This document shows, piece after piece, positions 49,549 to 58,755 of a stretch of 64,000 nt of DNA (within the stretch, counting starts at the first letter, position 1; each line of letters opens with the position of its first letter). The DNA is from an uncultured Clostridia bacterium (lineage in GTDB: Bacteria > Bacillota > Clostridia > Oscillospirales > CAG-272): positions 7,257 to 71,256 of the forward strand of contig CAJGCM010000001.1 of the NCBI GenBank assembly GCA_904501765.1. The letters are read 5' to 3'. The notes beneath the pieces were generated by a model. That model saw nothing but the letters and a program-made list of their open reading frames with translations. It had not been told where the DNA came from and ran no database searches. The position numbers were made by a program, and so were the translations under genes.

Positions 49549-50196
49549 TTATTGTTTTTGTATGAAAGCATCTTTGAAGCCTGCCGCCTTTGCTTTCTTT
49601 AAAGCGGTATTTGCGTTATCGAGGTTGGAATAAACACCCACCTGGACTACATATGTCGCAGATGGTTTATACTCAATTCCTAAGTACTCTAGAATAGCTT
49701 TAGCGTACGCTATACCGAACTTCTTCTGTTCGGCAGTGGTATCGATTATGTTTTTGTCCGTCTTGTTATCGACGAATGCACATTCGCATAGTGCCGCGAC
49801 CATTTTAGTATTCTTGATGAAATACAGTTTATCGCCAGCTTTTATACCGCGGCTATTCTGTCCAATCTCTTTAACACGTTTCTCACATAACGTAGCTAGC
49901 TTCTTGCCGTTCACGCTAGTAGAGAAGTAAAACGTCTCGGAGCCATCACCGCCACCCGCATTCGTATGGAATGCTACAGCAATAACAGCCCCTGAGACGT
50001 TCGCTTCTTTTACTTCATCTTTTACCGGATCATTAGAATCTTTGGTCCGGCTACATATAACAGTCACTCCGTGACGTTCCAATTCGGCTTTGCACGCCAA
50101 CAAAATTTGTAGGTTAATATCTTTCTCTTTCAGACCGTTAGCTACCGCTCCTGGGTCACTACCGCCATGTCCTGCTGACAAAAATACTTTAGTCAT
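49549..50196 (-). CDS. N-acetylmuramoyl-L-alanine amidase (Amidase_3) with C-terminal SPOR domain; probable endolysin
   Basis: VFLSAGHGGSDPGAVANGLKEKDINL ... AFHTNAGGG ... ETFY. SPOR-like YVVQVGVYSNLDNANTALKKAKAAGFKDAFI. Trimmed to ATG 50196. Confidence 0.85.
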   Translation of the reverse strand: MTKVFLSAGHGGSDPGAVANGLKEKDINLQILLACKAELERHGVTVICSRTKDSNDPVKDEVKEANVSGAVIAVAFHTNAGGGDGSETFYFSTSVNGKKLATLCEKRVKEIGQNSRGIKAGDKLYFIKNTKMVAALCECAFVDNKTDKNIIDTTAEQKKFGIAYAKAILEYLGIEYKPSATYVVQVGVYSNLDNANTALKKAKAAGFKDAFIQKQ

Positions 50197-50203
50197 TACT
50201 GAC

Positions 50204-50749
50204 TCATCCTCTCGAATTAAGTTGCTGTCTTCTAGCCGCATTAAGACTTGCGTTGCGACTCATGATATCTCGTTTACTCATCTTCTTAGGAGGCTGGTTC
50301 TTGATATTGCAGACTCGAACAAGAGTGAGCAACCTATTCAGATGCCAGTGCTGGCATTCGAATGGGATTTGTAAGGCTATCATCCAGTAGTAAATCAGCT
50401 CCGATGTGATCACCTCTCGACTACCGCCTTTGGACTTTTGGTCAGAAAAGTACGTAGCAGTCATCGGTGCCTCGATATACGAGCTGATCTGCTTCATGTT
50501 CTCATTAGTGAGGTGATCATAGACGCTCGGGTCTACATCCTCGTCGATAGCCATGCATTTAATATAGTCAATGGTTTCTTCCGGTGTTTTCTCTTGCTTC
50601 GATAAGAAAGACTTACACCATTTTGACTCCCATTTTGAAATGGAGACGAGAGAGTGCTCCAATTCCAGAGCTACCGTTTCCGCATCAACAAACTCTTGTT
50701 TAGCTTCGTCCCAGCCTTCAGAGGCGATGGGTACTTCTATCCGGAGCAT
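50204..50749 (-). CDS. Tail assembly chaperone (phage Gp15-type)
   Basis: SELIYYWMIALQIPFECQHWHLNRLLTLVRVCN ... KKMSKRDIMSRNASLNAARR resembles the remembered Gp15 family. Has its own SD GAGGAGG. Confidence 0.6.
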   Translation of the reverse strand: MLRIEVPIASEGWDEAKQEFVDAETVALELEHSLVSISKWESKWCKSFLSKQEKTPEETIDYIKCMAIDEDVDPSVYDHLTNENMKQISSYIEAPMTATYFSDQKSKGGSREVITSELIYYWMIALQIPFECQHWHLNRLLTLVRVCNIKNQPPKKMSKRDIMSRNASLNAARRQQLNSRG

Positions 50750-50776
50750 CTCTCACACCTCCTCGAATTTTCGTAA

Positions 50777-51178
50777 TTAGTTGGCCTTAGTAGCATTGTG
50801 CTCGGCAATCTGCTTAGCCATGTCGGCAGGCACGATGCCGTTGACGAACTCAGATGCCTTGTCCGCATCAGTAGCCAGTTCCATGAACAGCTGGGAATAG
50901 GCCTCAGTCTGAGCGAAGTCCAGAGACAGCTCCTCGGACTTGATGAACTTTCTACCATCGGGGCTCTTGACACCGTAAGCCTTCAGAATCAAATCCTTGA
51001 AGATCTTGATAATGGCGGGCTGATCCTGGGCGGCAACAACCCGCTGAATCATCTCAGCCAGACCACCGGAGGTGCTCATTTCCATTTCCATAACCTCAGC
51101 CTTGGACAGGTTGAAGTAGAACTTCTCGGTTCTCTCGACGTCATTGTAGTCAGTATAAGTAATAGTCTTTGCGATCAT
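50777..51178 (-). CDS. Tail assembly chaperone (gpG-position)
   Basis: 133-aa acidic protein directly after the major tail protein. TITYTDYNDVERTEKFYFNLSKAEVMEMEMS pattern. Confidence 0.6.
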   Translation of the reverse strand: MIAKTITYTDYNDVERTEKFYFNLSKAEVMEMEMSTSGGLAEMIQRVVAAQDQPAIIKIFKDLILKAYGVKSPDGRKFIKSEELSLDFAQTEAYSQLFMELATDADKASEFVNGIVPADMAKQIAEHNATKAN

Positions 51179-51270
51179 ATTTGTTTTCTCCTTTCAAATG
51201 TAAAAGAGGGCCGCCAGCATTACCTGGTACGGCCCGTTAGTGTTAGTTTGTTAGTTTAATCCAGTAAGGA

Positions 51271-51933
51271 TTAGCCGGCTGCAAACATGGTAGCGATCTC
51301 TGCGGGATAGGGCAGAGTGGGCTCCTCGGACTCGGAACCATACAGCTTAGCCTCCAGAGCCTTCAGCTTCTCAGCGTCAACCTTGGTGGAGTCGATGGTG
51401 ACGCAAGCAGTGGGCTTATGGCCGTCGACTGCGACAGGAGTAGTAGTGAACTCCCAGGAGAAGGTAATGGCCTCAGGACTGTCGTTGATGGTAGCGTAAG
51501 CCTTCTCGGACACGGATGCCAGAGCATTATAAACGATATGCAGCTTGTAGCCATAATCGTTGCCATCGGTGTCGTTACCCAGGGTGGTGCGATAGCAGAA
51601 GCCAAACTCCTTACGAGTCTGCTGGCCGATAGTAATACCCTTTGCCAGCTCAGCTTCACCGTTGCAAGCCTTGAACTCATCGGGGTAAGTGTAAGCCTCG
51701 ATGGTACCACCGAACTCCTCGTTGGACATCAGGTTCAGGTACTTGATGTCATCGGCATACAGAGGAGATGCCTCTGCACCAGAAGGAGACTCAGTAACAG
51801 CGGTCAGACCGTTCCAAGCCACACCCTTCCAGGCGGCGGTATCGCCAGTGCCGGTCTTAGTATACAGAACACCGTTCTTTACACCGGTTTCGTAAAAACG
51901 CTCACCGGACTTGTCCCAAACAATTTTAGACAT
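51271..51933 (-). CDS. Major tail protein
   Basis: 220 aa. Its position lies between the neck genes and the chaperones. GERFYETGVKNGVLY ... AWNGLTAVTESPSGAE ... LYADDIKY pattern typical of siphovirus tube proteins. Confidence 0.7.
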   Translation of the reverse strand: MSKIVWDKSGERFYETGVKNGVLYTKTGTGDTAAWKGVAWNGLTAVTESPSGAEASPLYADDIKYLNLMSNEEFGGTIEAYTYPDEFKACNGEAELAKGITIGQQTRKEFGFCYRTTLGNDTDGNDYGYKLHIVYNALASVSEKAYATINDSPEAITFSWEFTTTPVAVDGHKPTACVTIDSTKVDAEKLKALEAKLYGSESEEPTLPYPAEIATMFAAG

Positions 51934-51951
51934 TGATGTTGTCCTCCTTAA

Positions 51952-52260
51952 TTAATAGTAGATAGTAAACGGATAGTGATGTAGATTATCCGCAACATAG
52001 GGTCTCCCTACACTACACATCTCGAAACGATCAATAAGCTGGTCCGGGATGGTAGTATCGGGATCTTTTGTAATCACGACGCCTTCGTACTGGTTGGTAG
52101 ATCTATACGCTTTGTTGTTAGCACGCGTAATAGTCTTACCGCCCAATGCATACCGAATAGCGTCGTATTTCATCTTGACTAACTCGGGGGGTTGAAAATA
52201 TACATTTCTAGAGCCGAGTACTTCGCACAACTCCTCGTGCAGATCGAGTCTATCAGCCAT
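51952..52260 (-). CDS. Neck / tail-completion candidate (102 aa)
   Basis: Trimmed to ATG 52260 (GGAGG 8 nt upstream). Called by position only. Confidence 0.45.
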   Translation of the reverse strand: MADRLDLHEELCEVLGSRNVYFQPPELVKMKYDAIRYALGGKTITRANNKAYRSTNQYEGVVITKDPDTTIPDQLIDRFEMCSVGRPYVADNLHHYPFTIYY

Positions 52261-52570
52261 TATAAACACCTCCGAGAGTCAGTAAGATTCTAGGGGGTTG
52301 AGGGTCGGCATTAGTAACCTTCCACTTAACCCCCATATACTCAATCCATTTAATGGAGTAGAATTTCTCGAAGGCGAATGCATCGGCAACGATGCTAATC
52401 TGTGTACTCACAGTTAGGTCATCATTGGTGCTGTCGGAGTTTGTAACCCATCTAGTGGAATTACGCTTGACGTCACCATAATACTCGCGTACGGTATCTT
52501 GGTTCTGGTATACACCAGGTTTGGTCTCTACCGTTTCAGAGTAGCCGACCTTTCCATACCATCGCATCAT
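52253..52570 (-). CDS. Neck / head-tail adaptor candidate (105 aa)
   Basis: First gene after the capsid gene. Called by position only. Confidence 0.45.
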   Translation of the reverse strand: MMRWYGKVGYSETVETKPGVYQNQDTVREYYGDVKRNSTRWVTNSDSTNDDLTVSTQISIVADAFAFEKFYSIKWIEYMGVKWKVTNADPQPPRILLTLGGVYNG

Positions 52571-52612
52571 TGAAAATCAACTCCATTTTGAATTTTGCAA
52601 GCGCTTACATTA

Positions 52613-54484
52613 TTAGCCAGCAGCGGACTCGACAACCTCTTCCAGAACGATAGCTGCGTAGGGATCGATCAGGGCACCGGACAGACGAGTCTCCATCAGG
52701 TACTTGTACTGGTTGTAGTCGATGTCGAAGTCCTCGAAGCTAGTAACCTCACCACCCTTAGCACAGCCGAACTGATAGTTGTTCATATTGACGAAGATAC
52801 CCAGCAGCTTGCGCTCCTTGCCGTCCTCATCCTCACGAGTCAGACCGGTGAACTGATCGACAGTGTAGATATGAGCAACATTCAGCACCTTGGCGACATC
52901 AGCAGCAGAGTCGTAGATACGACGACCGTTCATGTCACGAGCCAGCAGCATGGTGTTCAGCAGAGCGGGGTCGCAGTAGAAGTCAGCAGTGCCCTTACCC
53001 TTATACTGGACGCGAGCATCCATCAGAGCGGCGATAATAGCCTCAGTGCGGACAAACTCGTCGCCGAAGTTAGCGGCGGTGCCGGTACCCTGCAGCTTGG
53101 TCTTCATGCCAGCCACATCAACAACCTTGTGGATTGCGTACAGCTCGTCATCACCCCAGATAGGACGGATGCACTGATCGGAGATCTTATCACCAGCGTC
53201 CTCGTTCCGACGGTCACCGACCATAGCAGCCAGAGCAACAGTCTCCTCCAGGGTGTGCTTCATGATGTTCCGCATGTAGGAAACGGCATCGAAGTCGATG
53301 TCCTGGATATCGTCACGGTGCAGGGAGTCCTTAACATACACGGTCTGGGGGTGAGTCTCACGCTTCAGCAGCTTGACGTTAGCCAGAGCCTTCTTCTGCT
53401 CGCCCTTCTTGTGAGCCTTAGCAGTGATCTCAGAAGCACGAGCGTCGATCTGACGGGTACGGACACGAGCGATGGGGGACTTGTTAGCCTTAGCCATGAC
53501 AGTGGCCACCCAGTCCATGTCGCGCTCCAGCAGAGTGGGAGCACCAGCGGGAACGTTCTTCAGCTCGGTGAACAGCACGTCGATGGGCTCGCCATCCTCG
53601 GCGCCGAAGCCGTGCTGCAGGTGAGCGTTACCCCACATCTCAACGCCCTTCTTAAAGCTGCCAGCGTTTCTTGCGTTAGTCAGGATCTCCTGCTCGTCAG
53701 CGTGGGACAGGTAGTTGGTCTCCTGCTGTGCGCCAGTCTCAAATACATTAGTGTGCATAATTGCATTGCCTCCTTCAGAATGTTTAGCGGTATCGTTTTC
53801 GTTTTCATCATCGGTCACGCCGGCATCTTCCAGCGCCTGACCGATCAGTGCGTACACTACGGTCTTCTGCTCCTCGGTGAGCTCGTCGAAGACATCCTTA
53901 ACGGTCTTCTCTTTGGACTCAGCCTCAGGGGCGGTGTTCTTTTCCTTGGTATCAGCCATTTCCTTGGTCTCCTCCTTGTTAATCTCGCCAGCCTTCACGG
54001 CGTGCTCTAGGCTTTCGCCTTCCTCAGTATAGTGATGGACCATGATGTTCTCATCATATCCGACAATCAGACCCTCTTCGGAGTCTTCGCCGTGAATCAT
54101 AACGGAATCAATGAATGCGCCAGGATTAGCACCTGCCATCACAATACTCACTTCGCGAATCATGCCGTGCAGAACATCGCCGCCGGACTGCTTCAGCTTG
54201 TTGGCATAGATAGACAGGGATCTTACATCGCCATGCCGAACAGCTTCCTTTGCTGCCTGGGCGGATTCGCTGTCGTTGAAGGTACAATAGGCATAGACAC
54301 CATCTTCACGATTCTCAAGCCGCGCATGTCCCAAAACACGATTAGGGTCGTCATGGCAGTGCCCATACAACAGAGGGACCTGCTGACCATCGTTAGCTTT
54401 GAACGCATCCTTGCGGATAATCCGTCCATCAGCACATAAAAGGTCGTTTCTCGTGGCATAGCCACTAAAGTCACAAATCTCCAT
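52613..54484 (-). CDS. Prohead protease (HK97/S78 family) fused to major capsid protein
   Basis: The N-terminal ~125 aa resemble S78 proteases (QVPLLYGHCHDDPNRVLG ... VRSLSIYANK ... IREVSIVMAGANPGA). An acidic/Lys linker follows. The C-terminal ~330 aa are capsid-like (...NYQFGCAKGGEVTSFEDFDIDYNQYKYLMETRLSGAL). Confidence 0.7.
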   Translation of the reverse strand: MEICDFSGYATRNDLLCADGRIIRKDAFKANDGQQVPLLYGHCHDDPNRVLGHARLENREDGVYAYCTFNDSESAQAAKEAVRHGDVRSLSIYANKLKQSGGDVLHGMIREVSIVMAGANPGAFIDSVMIHGEDSEEGLIVGYDENIMVHHYTEEGESLEHAVKAGEINKEETKEMADTKEKNTAPEAESKEKTVKDVFDELTEEQKTVVYALIGQALEDAGVTDDENENDTAKHSEGGNAIMHTNVFETGAQQETNYLSHADEQEILTNARNAGSFKKGVEMWGNAHLQHGFGAEDGEPIDVLFTELKNVPAGAPTLLERDMDWVATVMAKANKSPIARVRTRQIDARASEITAKAHKKGEQKKALANVKLLKRETHPQTVYVKDSLHRDDIQDIDFDAVSYMRNIMKHTLEETVALAAMVGDRRNEDAGDKISDQCIRPIWGDDELYAIHKVVDVAGMKTKLQGTGTAANFGDEFVRTEAIIAALMDARVQYKGKGTADFYCDPALLNTMLLARDMNGRRIYDSAADVAKVLNVAHIYTVDQFTGLTREDEDGKERKLLGIFVNMNNYQFGCAKGGEVTSFEDFDIDYNQYKYLMETRLSGALIDPYAAIVLEEVVESAAG

Positions 54485-54510
54485 TTTGATTCATCCTCCT
54501 TTTTAATAGA

Positions 54511-55827
54511 TTAGTGGTTGCCCATAAGGGCGCTTATTGGGGTATCGCCGAGGTTAGATTCTCCGGCGGTATCGTAACTTTCGTCGGTCGGCGCAGCTTC
54601 TTCTCCGGGCGGAGCATTCTGCATAGCAGCGACCTCTTCAGCGGACTGGGAGATATTACTGTTACGCAGTTGATCAGCCTTAGGATCGTCGCTAGGCTTC
54701 ATACCGATGATCTGTCTGACCTCGTTAGATGTCAGGATCTCGTTACGAGTAAATGTGTCAGCGATCTTAGCAATCTCACTAACGGGAACCAGCTTGAACG
54801 GATCTCTGAACGCCATGATGGTCTGACCCTGAGTGCGAGCAGTCTTACTCAAGAAACTACGACGCATCGCATTCACAATTGCAGATACGATCGGTTCGAT
54901 AGTTCTGTTGTTGTAATTCAGCATCGCTTTCTCATCGGCAGTATTATCGAGCACGGATTGGGTCATACCAATCTGGTTATACAGCTGGTTAGTCAGGTAC
55001 TCGATCTGCTTCATGAGATTATTCTCGACCGGCCTATTGAGCTGAGTGATCTTCTCGGTGCCATCAGTGTAGGCGATGCCATAAGGTCCCTTCAGCTGAT
55101 CCTCGATGTCATGTCTTCGCTTTTCAGCCTGTTCCCGTCGAGCATCGCTCTTGATCACATAGGGTAATTGAATAATGAGGTCCAATTTACCCGAACCACT
55201 ATGCTCGTCGATGGCGTCGAGGATACTTAGTTTTCGCACCAGGCGTTGCATCGTGGAGTTGGGTTCGTTGATCACAGAATAAAGCGGGTTCTCGATGATA
55301 GCAACAGATCGCTTAGGTAAGACAATGTCTTCCTTCTTACCAGTTCGGTCGTTGTACACTCGAACTTTTACATGAGCTGGATACCACTCGAGAATTTTAC
55401 CTGTTCTCATCGTCAAGATGTCGTATGAGCTAGACTCCGTCGGATCGTATGTCGTATCTACAGGTACGATTGCTACCGCGCCCTCATCGAACATTGACAT
55501 AACCACATCTTGGATAAAAGCTCGTCCATCTTGGTCGATGTTAGCCTCTGTATTAAGGCATTCGTTAAGACCAGATCTAATATCTTCTATGTATCTACCG
55601 TTCTTGTCTGTACGACAATGCTTGATAGTAAGCTGAGCGACATCCATTGCAATTCTATTGTAGATAGACGTGACAATGGTTTTTTCGTTACCTCTCGAGA
55701 ATCTAGCTCGATCGGGACGATACACATACCCCATTCCCATAGATTGGTACGAGGTATTAGTGGGGTCTCGGTTTTTGGTAAAAGCATTCCAAGCTTTGCG
55801 CAGCCTGGAGCTAAGTGTTAACTCCAT
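54511..55827 (-). CDS. Portal protein
   Basis: 438 aa between the terminase region and the capsid gene. Acidic C-terminal tail. Called mainly by position and size. Confidence 0.65.
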   Translation of the reverse strand: MELTLSSRLRKAWNAFTKNRDPTNTSYQSMGMGYVYRPDRARFSRGNEKTIVTSIYNRIAMDVAQLTIKHCRTDKNGRYIEDIRSGLNECLNTEANIDQDGRAFIQDVVMSMFDEGAVAIVPVDTTYDPTESSSYDILTMRTGKILEWYPAHVKVRVYNDRTGKKEDIVLPKRSVAIIENPLYSVINEPNSTMQRLVRKLSILDAIDEHSGSGKLDLIIQLPYVIKSDARREQAEKRRHDIEDQLKGPYGIAYTDGTEKITQLNRPVENNLMKQIEYLTNQLYNQIGMTQSVLDNTADEKAMLNYNNRTIEPIVSAIVNAMRRSFLSKTARTQGQTIMAFRDPFKLVPVSEIAKIADTFTRNEILTSNEVRQIIGMKPSDDPKADQLRNSNISQSAEEVAAMQNAPPGEEAAPTDESYDTAGESNLGDTPISALMGNH

Positions 55828-55849
55828 TTTGAAGTTTCCTCCTTATGGT

Positions 55850-56494
55850 TTAACTATCTTTTCTAAATCTGGAAGTGACGCCACTCACAGATTCTTTTAA
55901 ATACTTAGACAGAGGTTCTTCCACCTTACGGAGGGTTTCCTTGTCTAGCGAATCAAGTCGCTTATTCATCATGTCAACGTAGGACTTGTTGGAGGCCAGC
56001 TTAGCACGAGCCTTAGCAGCTTTAACAGCAACTTTGTCTGACTTAACAGAATACTTCATCGCTTTCGCTCCGTACCCAGTAGTCTTGGACAGGCGGTTAG
56101 CCTTGACTTCTTTCTTAGCGGCTTTATACTCCAACTTGGTAGCCTTACGTTCTGCAGCGAGTTTCTGGGAATCAGATCCGTTAAGACTCTTCTTCACGAT
56201 GATCGCGGCTTTCTTCCTATACTTAGCAGCTTTGATGGCCGCTCTATTGGAGGTCTCCAAATCGTTCTTCGCATGTGCCTTTTCGGACTTTTTACGAAGC
56301 ACAGCTGCTTTCTTGTCGTAGCCTAACGCTTTACGTACAAGTTTCTCATTTCTAGAGGAGAGTCGACTCGCTCTACGGACACCCCATTTCATACCGGGGA
56401 CACCGTAATGGTAGAGTTCGTTTTCAGAACAAAGACTACCGTTAACTAATATGTATTTGGACGTAAGTCTCACCTCGATTTTCTTATTGTTCAT
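55850..56494 (-). CDS. Lys/Ala-rich protein with N-terminal GMKWGVRR motif (paralog B1)
   Basis: ELYHYGVPGMKWGVRRASR followed by ~170 aa of K/A-rich predicted coiled coil. The ATG overlaps the HNH stop (TGATG). Confidence 0.6.
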   Translation of the reverse strand: MNNKKIEVRLTSKYILVNGSLCSENELYHYGVPGMKWGVRRASRLSSRNEKLVRKALGYDKKAAVLRKKSEKAHAKNDLETSNRAAIKAAKYRKKAAIIVKKSLNGSDSQKLAAERKATKLEYKAAKKEVKANRLSKTTGYGAKAMKYSVKSDKVAVKAAKARAKLASNKSYVDMMNKRLDSLDKETLRKVEEPLSKYLKESVSGVTSRFRKDS

Positions 56495-56994
56495 CAATCG
56501 ATGCGCTCGAAATGATATCCTTTATGCGTCTTGTTCGGATCGCGTGCGCAGAGACTGACTCTGGCAATAGATCCACCGATGGCTCTCGCGCAATCGGCTT
56601 GGCTGTCGAACGTTTCCCCGGTTTCAAGAATACGAATCTTCCTGGGCGGAGAGCCCGAATTAGGACCCTTATGTCCGTAAGCCAGACCCATTTCAAACGC
56701 TCGTTTTATGTTTTCACTTCTGGTACACCACTCTAGATTTTCTACCCGGTTGTCCCATTTCTTGCCATTCTTATGGTCAACGTCTAGGCCAGGTTCGTGT
56801 CCGGCAACAAAGGCTTCGGCAACAAGAACGTGGACAAGCTGACCGGGCATACGTTTTCCTAAACTAACGGTCATATAACCCTTATTGTTTGGGGAGTTGG
56901 TGAGAACACGGTTGTTTCTAGAATTTCTGACATACCCATCTTCATTAACTTCGTAATTCCGATTTCTAGCGATTGTAATCCACTTATCTCGCAC
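56494..56994 (-). CDS. Free-standing HNH homing endonuclease (NUMOD4 + HNH_3-like)
   Basis: W..IARNRNYEVNEDGYVRN ... HVLVAEAFVAGHEPGLDVDHKNGKKWDNRVENLEWCTRSEN. Wedged between terL and the next gene with 1-nt and 0-nt gaps. Confidence 0.8.
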   Translation of the reverse strand: MRDKWITIARNRNYEVNEDGYVRNSRNNRVLTNSPNNKGYMTVSLGKRMPGQLVHVLVAEAFVAGHEPGLDVDHKNGKKWDNRVENLEWCTRSENIKRAFEMGLAYGHKGPNSGSPPRKIRILETGETFDSQADCARAIGGSIARVSLCARDPNKTHKGYHFERID

Positions 56995-56995
56995 T

Positions 56996-58741
56996 TTACT
57001 CGAAAGCCTCCTTATTCAGTTTCCATGCTATAAAAGCATCCATAAGCGATGCCACGGGGTCAATCTTAGCCTCATAGCGTTTCTTCAAAAGCTTACGATT
57101 ACCGTTGCTGTCTTCCAGAGTAATACAGTTACCCATTGCATAAGACATAATTTGTTCATCGAACAACAGCATTCTCTGTTCGGACAAATTCTTCAACTCG
57201 CCCAAAGGCACGGACTCCGTCTTGGCGCCCTGAATTACCTTCTCGATACCAAACGGACCGTTTTCACGTTCCCATCTTTCGACAAACTCACGAGCATTAT
57301 ACGGGTCGAACCCAAAACAACGGACGTCATAATCATGGTCGATTATGAATTGGTCTAGGTCGTCATAGACATCCATCATATCCAGTATCGTCCCTTCCAT
57401 GACTACTAGACTACCTTCCTTCATAAACTCGTCATACTTTGCTCTCATAGCAGAAGGCAGCTTCATGACTGTGGTAGAAGAAATATAGTTTCGAGTCTTG
57501 ATGCCAAAGCTTCCATCCCTTAAAGGGAACAGGAACGTAAAACTTGTATAATCGTTTCCTTGCGAAAGGTCAGCACCTAACGCGCAAGGTAGCTTCCAAT
57601 ACTCTCTATACTTGTGAGGCAGTGTTTCCTCATATGTAAAGAAATACGTAGAGCCTTCCATGGGGATACCAAACCGCTTCGCCAAAATGTCGTTACGGGT
57701 AGCAGGAGCGGCCTCGGCTCTTTCTACATCCTGATGATAAACATCATACTGAACGGTCTTACCGAGGTTCGGATTAGCTTTGACCCACATCTCAGGCTGG
57801 TTAACTTCATCGATAGAGTCGAGTTTGTACCACCAGATTGAGGTATGAGGGTCTTGGTAATCACCCTTAAGAATCTTAGCTAGCTCCATTTTGATTGTAT
57901 CGCCAGGTCCGTTACGGACTGTACCCTCGGAACTGATAGCCACAATCAGATAATCGTCATTCTTAGAAGCACCCTGGAATGCGGCGCCAACAATATCCTC
58001 TCTGATATCGCCGGAAAGCCATTCGTCGATAGTCCAGTACTTGGCTCTGGAGCCCTGAACTTTATCAATAGTCATGGGCTTGATCTCTAAGATAGAGCCG
58101 GTTAAGAAATTCTCAATACCCTTCTTCGTAGAAGCTAACTTCTGACGATTGGCTTTAGAACCACTAGTGTTTTGCAAAGAACCTTCTGTAAGGAACTTAA
58201 ACAAAGGACCTCTGGCTCTGGTAATCGAGGTTTTAATCGGGGACAACACTTCTTCTGCTTGACGCATAGTAGGTGCTGTAGTGACCTGCTCAGTAGTAGC
58301 AGTGTCGACATTCAAGAAGTAGCTCTGAATGCAGGACGCATACATAGATTTTGCTGCGCCACGGGCCACGATTAGATACTGTCTTTTGATTAAGCGTTTC
58401 TTGGTTCTCTTCATAACAAAACGGCCACCACGGCCGTCGCTAGAAGGTACATATACGCTTCGATCTTCAAACTCATACCATCCGAAAATCTGCTCTGCCC
58501 AGAGCTTGAACGAATCAAGCAGATGGAGGTCTTCTCCGTCTGTCAGGGTCAATTCGTTTTCGCAGTATTCTATAAATCCTTCTACTGCTTGGTCGTCGTA
58601 GTAGTATCTCGGGTCCGCAATTAGATCGTCTATGCGATTCATTTCCATAGAGATCTCTTTGTTGACCGGGATTTCTCCTCGAATTACGGCGTCTCTAAAC
58701 TGTCCGTAATACCGAGGTGTTGCGGTGTTAGATAAGGCCAA
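56996..58741 (-). CDS. terL: Terminase large subunit
   Basis: 581 aa. Terminase_1-like N-terminus (YYDDQAVEGFIEYCENELTLTDGE...FKLWAEQIFGWY). ATPase loop YLIVARGAAKSMY. TTG start after AAGGAG. Confidence 0.85.
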   Translation of the reverse strand: MALSNTATPRYYGQFRDAVIRGEIPVNKEISMEMNRIDDLIADPRYYYDDQAVEGFIEYCENELTLTDGEDLHLLDSFKLWAEQIFGWYEFEDRSVYVPSSDGRGGRFVMKRTKKRLIKRQYLIVARGAAKSMYASCIQSYFLNVDTATTEQVTTAPTMRQAEEVLSPIKTSITRARGPLFKFLTEGSLQNTSGSKANRQKLASTKKGIENFLTGSILEIKPMTIDKVQGSRAKYWTIDEWLSGDIREDIVGAAFQGASKNDDYLIVAISSEGTVRNGPGDTIKMELAKILKGDYQDPHTSIWWYKLDSIDEVNQPEMWVKANPNLGKTVQYDVYHQDVERAEAAPATRNDILAKRFGIPMEGSTYFFTYEETLPHKYREYWKLPCALGADLSQGNDYTSFTFLFPLRDGSFGIKTRNYISSTTVMKLPSAMRAKYDEFMKEGSLVVMEGTILDMMDVYDDLDQFIIDHDYDVRCFGFDPYNAREFVERWERENGPFGIEKVIQGAKTESVPLGELKNLSEQRMLLFDEQIMSYAMGNCITLEDSNGNRKLLKKRYEAKIDPVASLMDAFIAWKLNKEAFE

Positions 58742-58755
58742 TAATAATCAACTCC

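Noticed and set aside
50204-51178. Programmed -1 frameshift joining the two tail chaperone ORFs (gpG/gpGT paradigm).
   Set aside because: The second ORF has its own strong SD (GAGGAGG) and ATG 27 nt after the first stop. I saw no slippery heptamer at the end of 50777..51178.
52595-54010. 471-aa plus-strand ORF opposite the protease-capsid gene. Similar cases: 664..2043(+), 5346..6794(+), 35915..36979(+), 20972..21730(+), 21682..22464(+).
   Set aside because: Each lies antisense to a minus-strand ORF with clear family motifs. Their translations are Leu/Val/Ser-rich with no recognisable domains or ribosome-binding sites.
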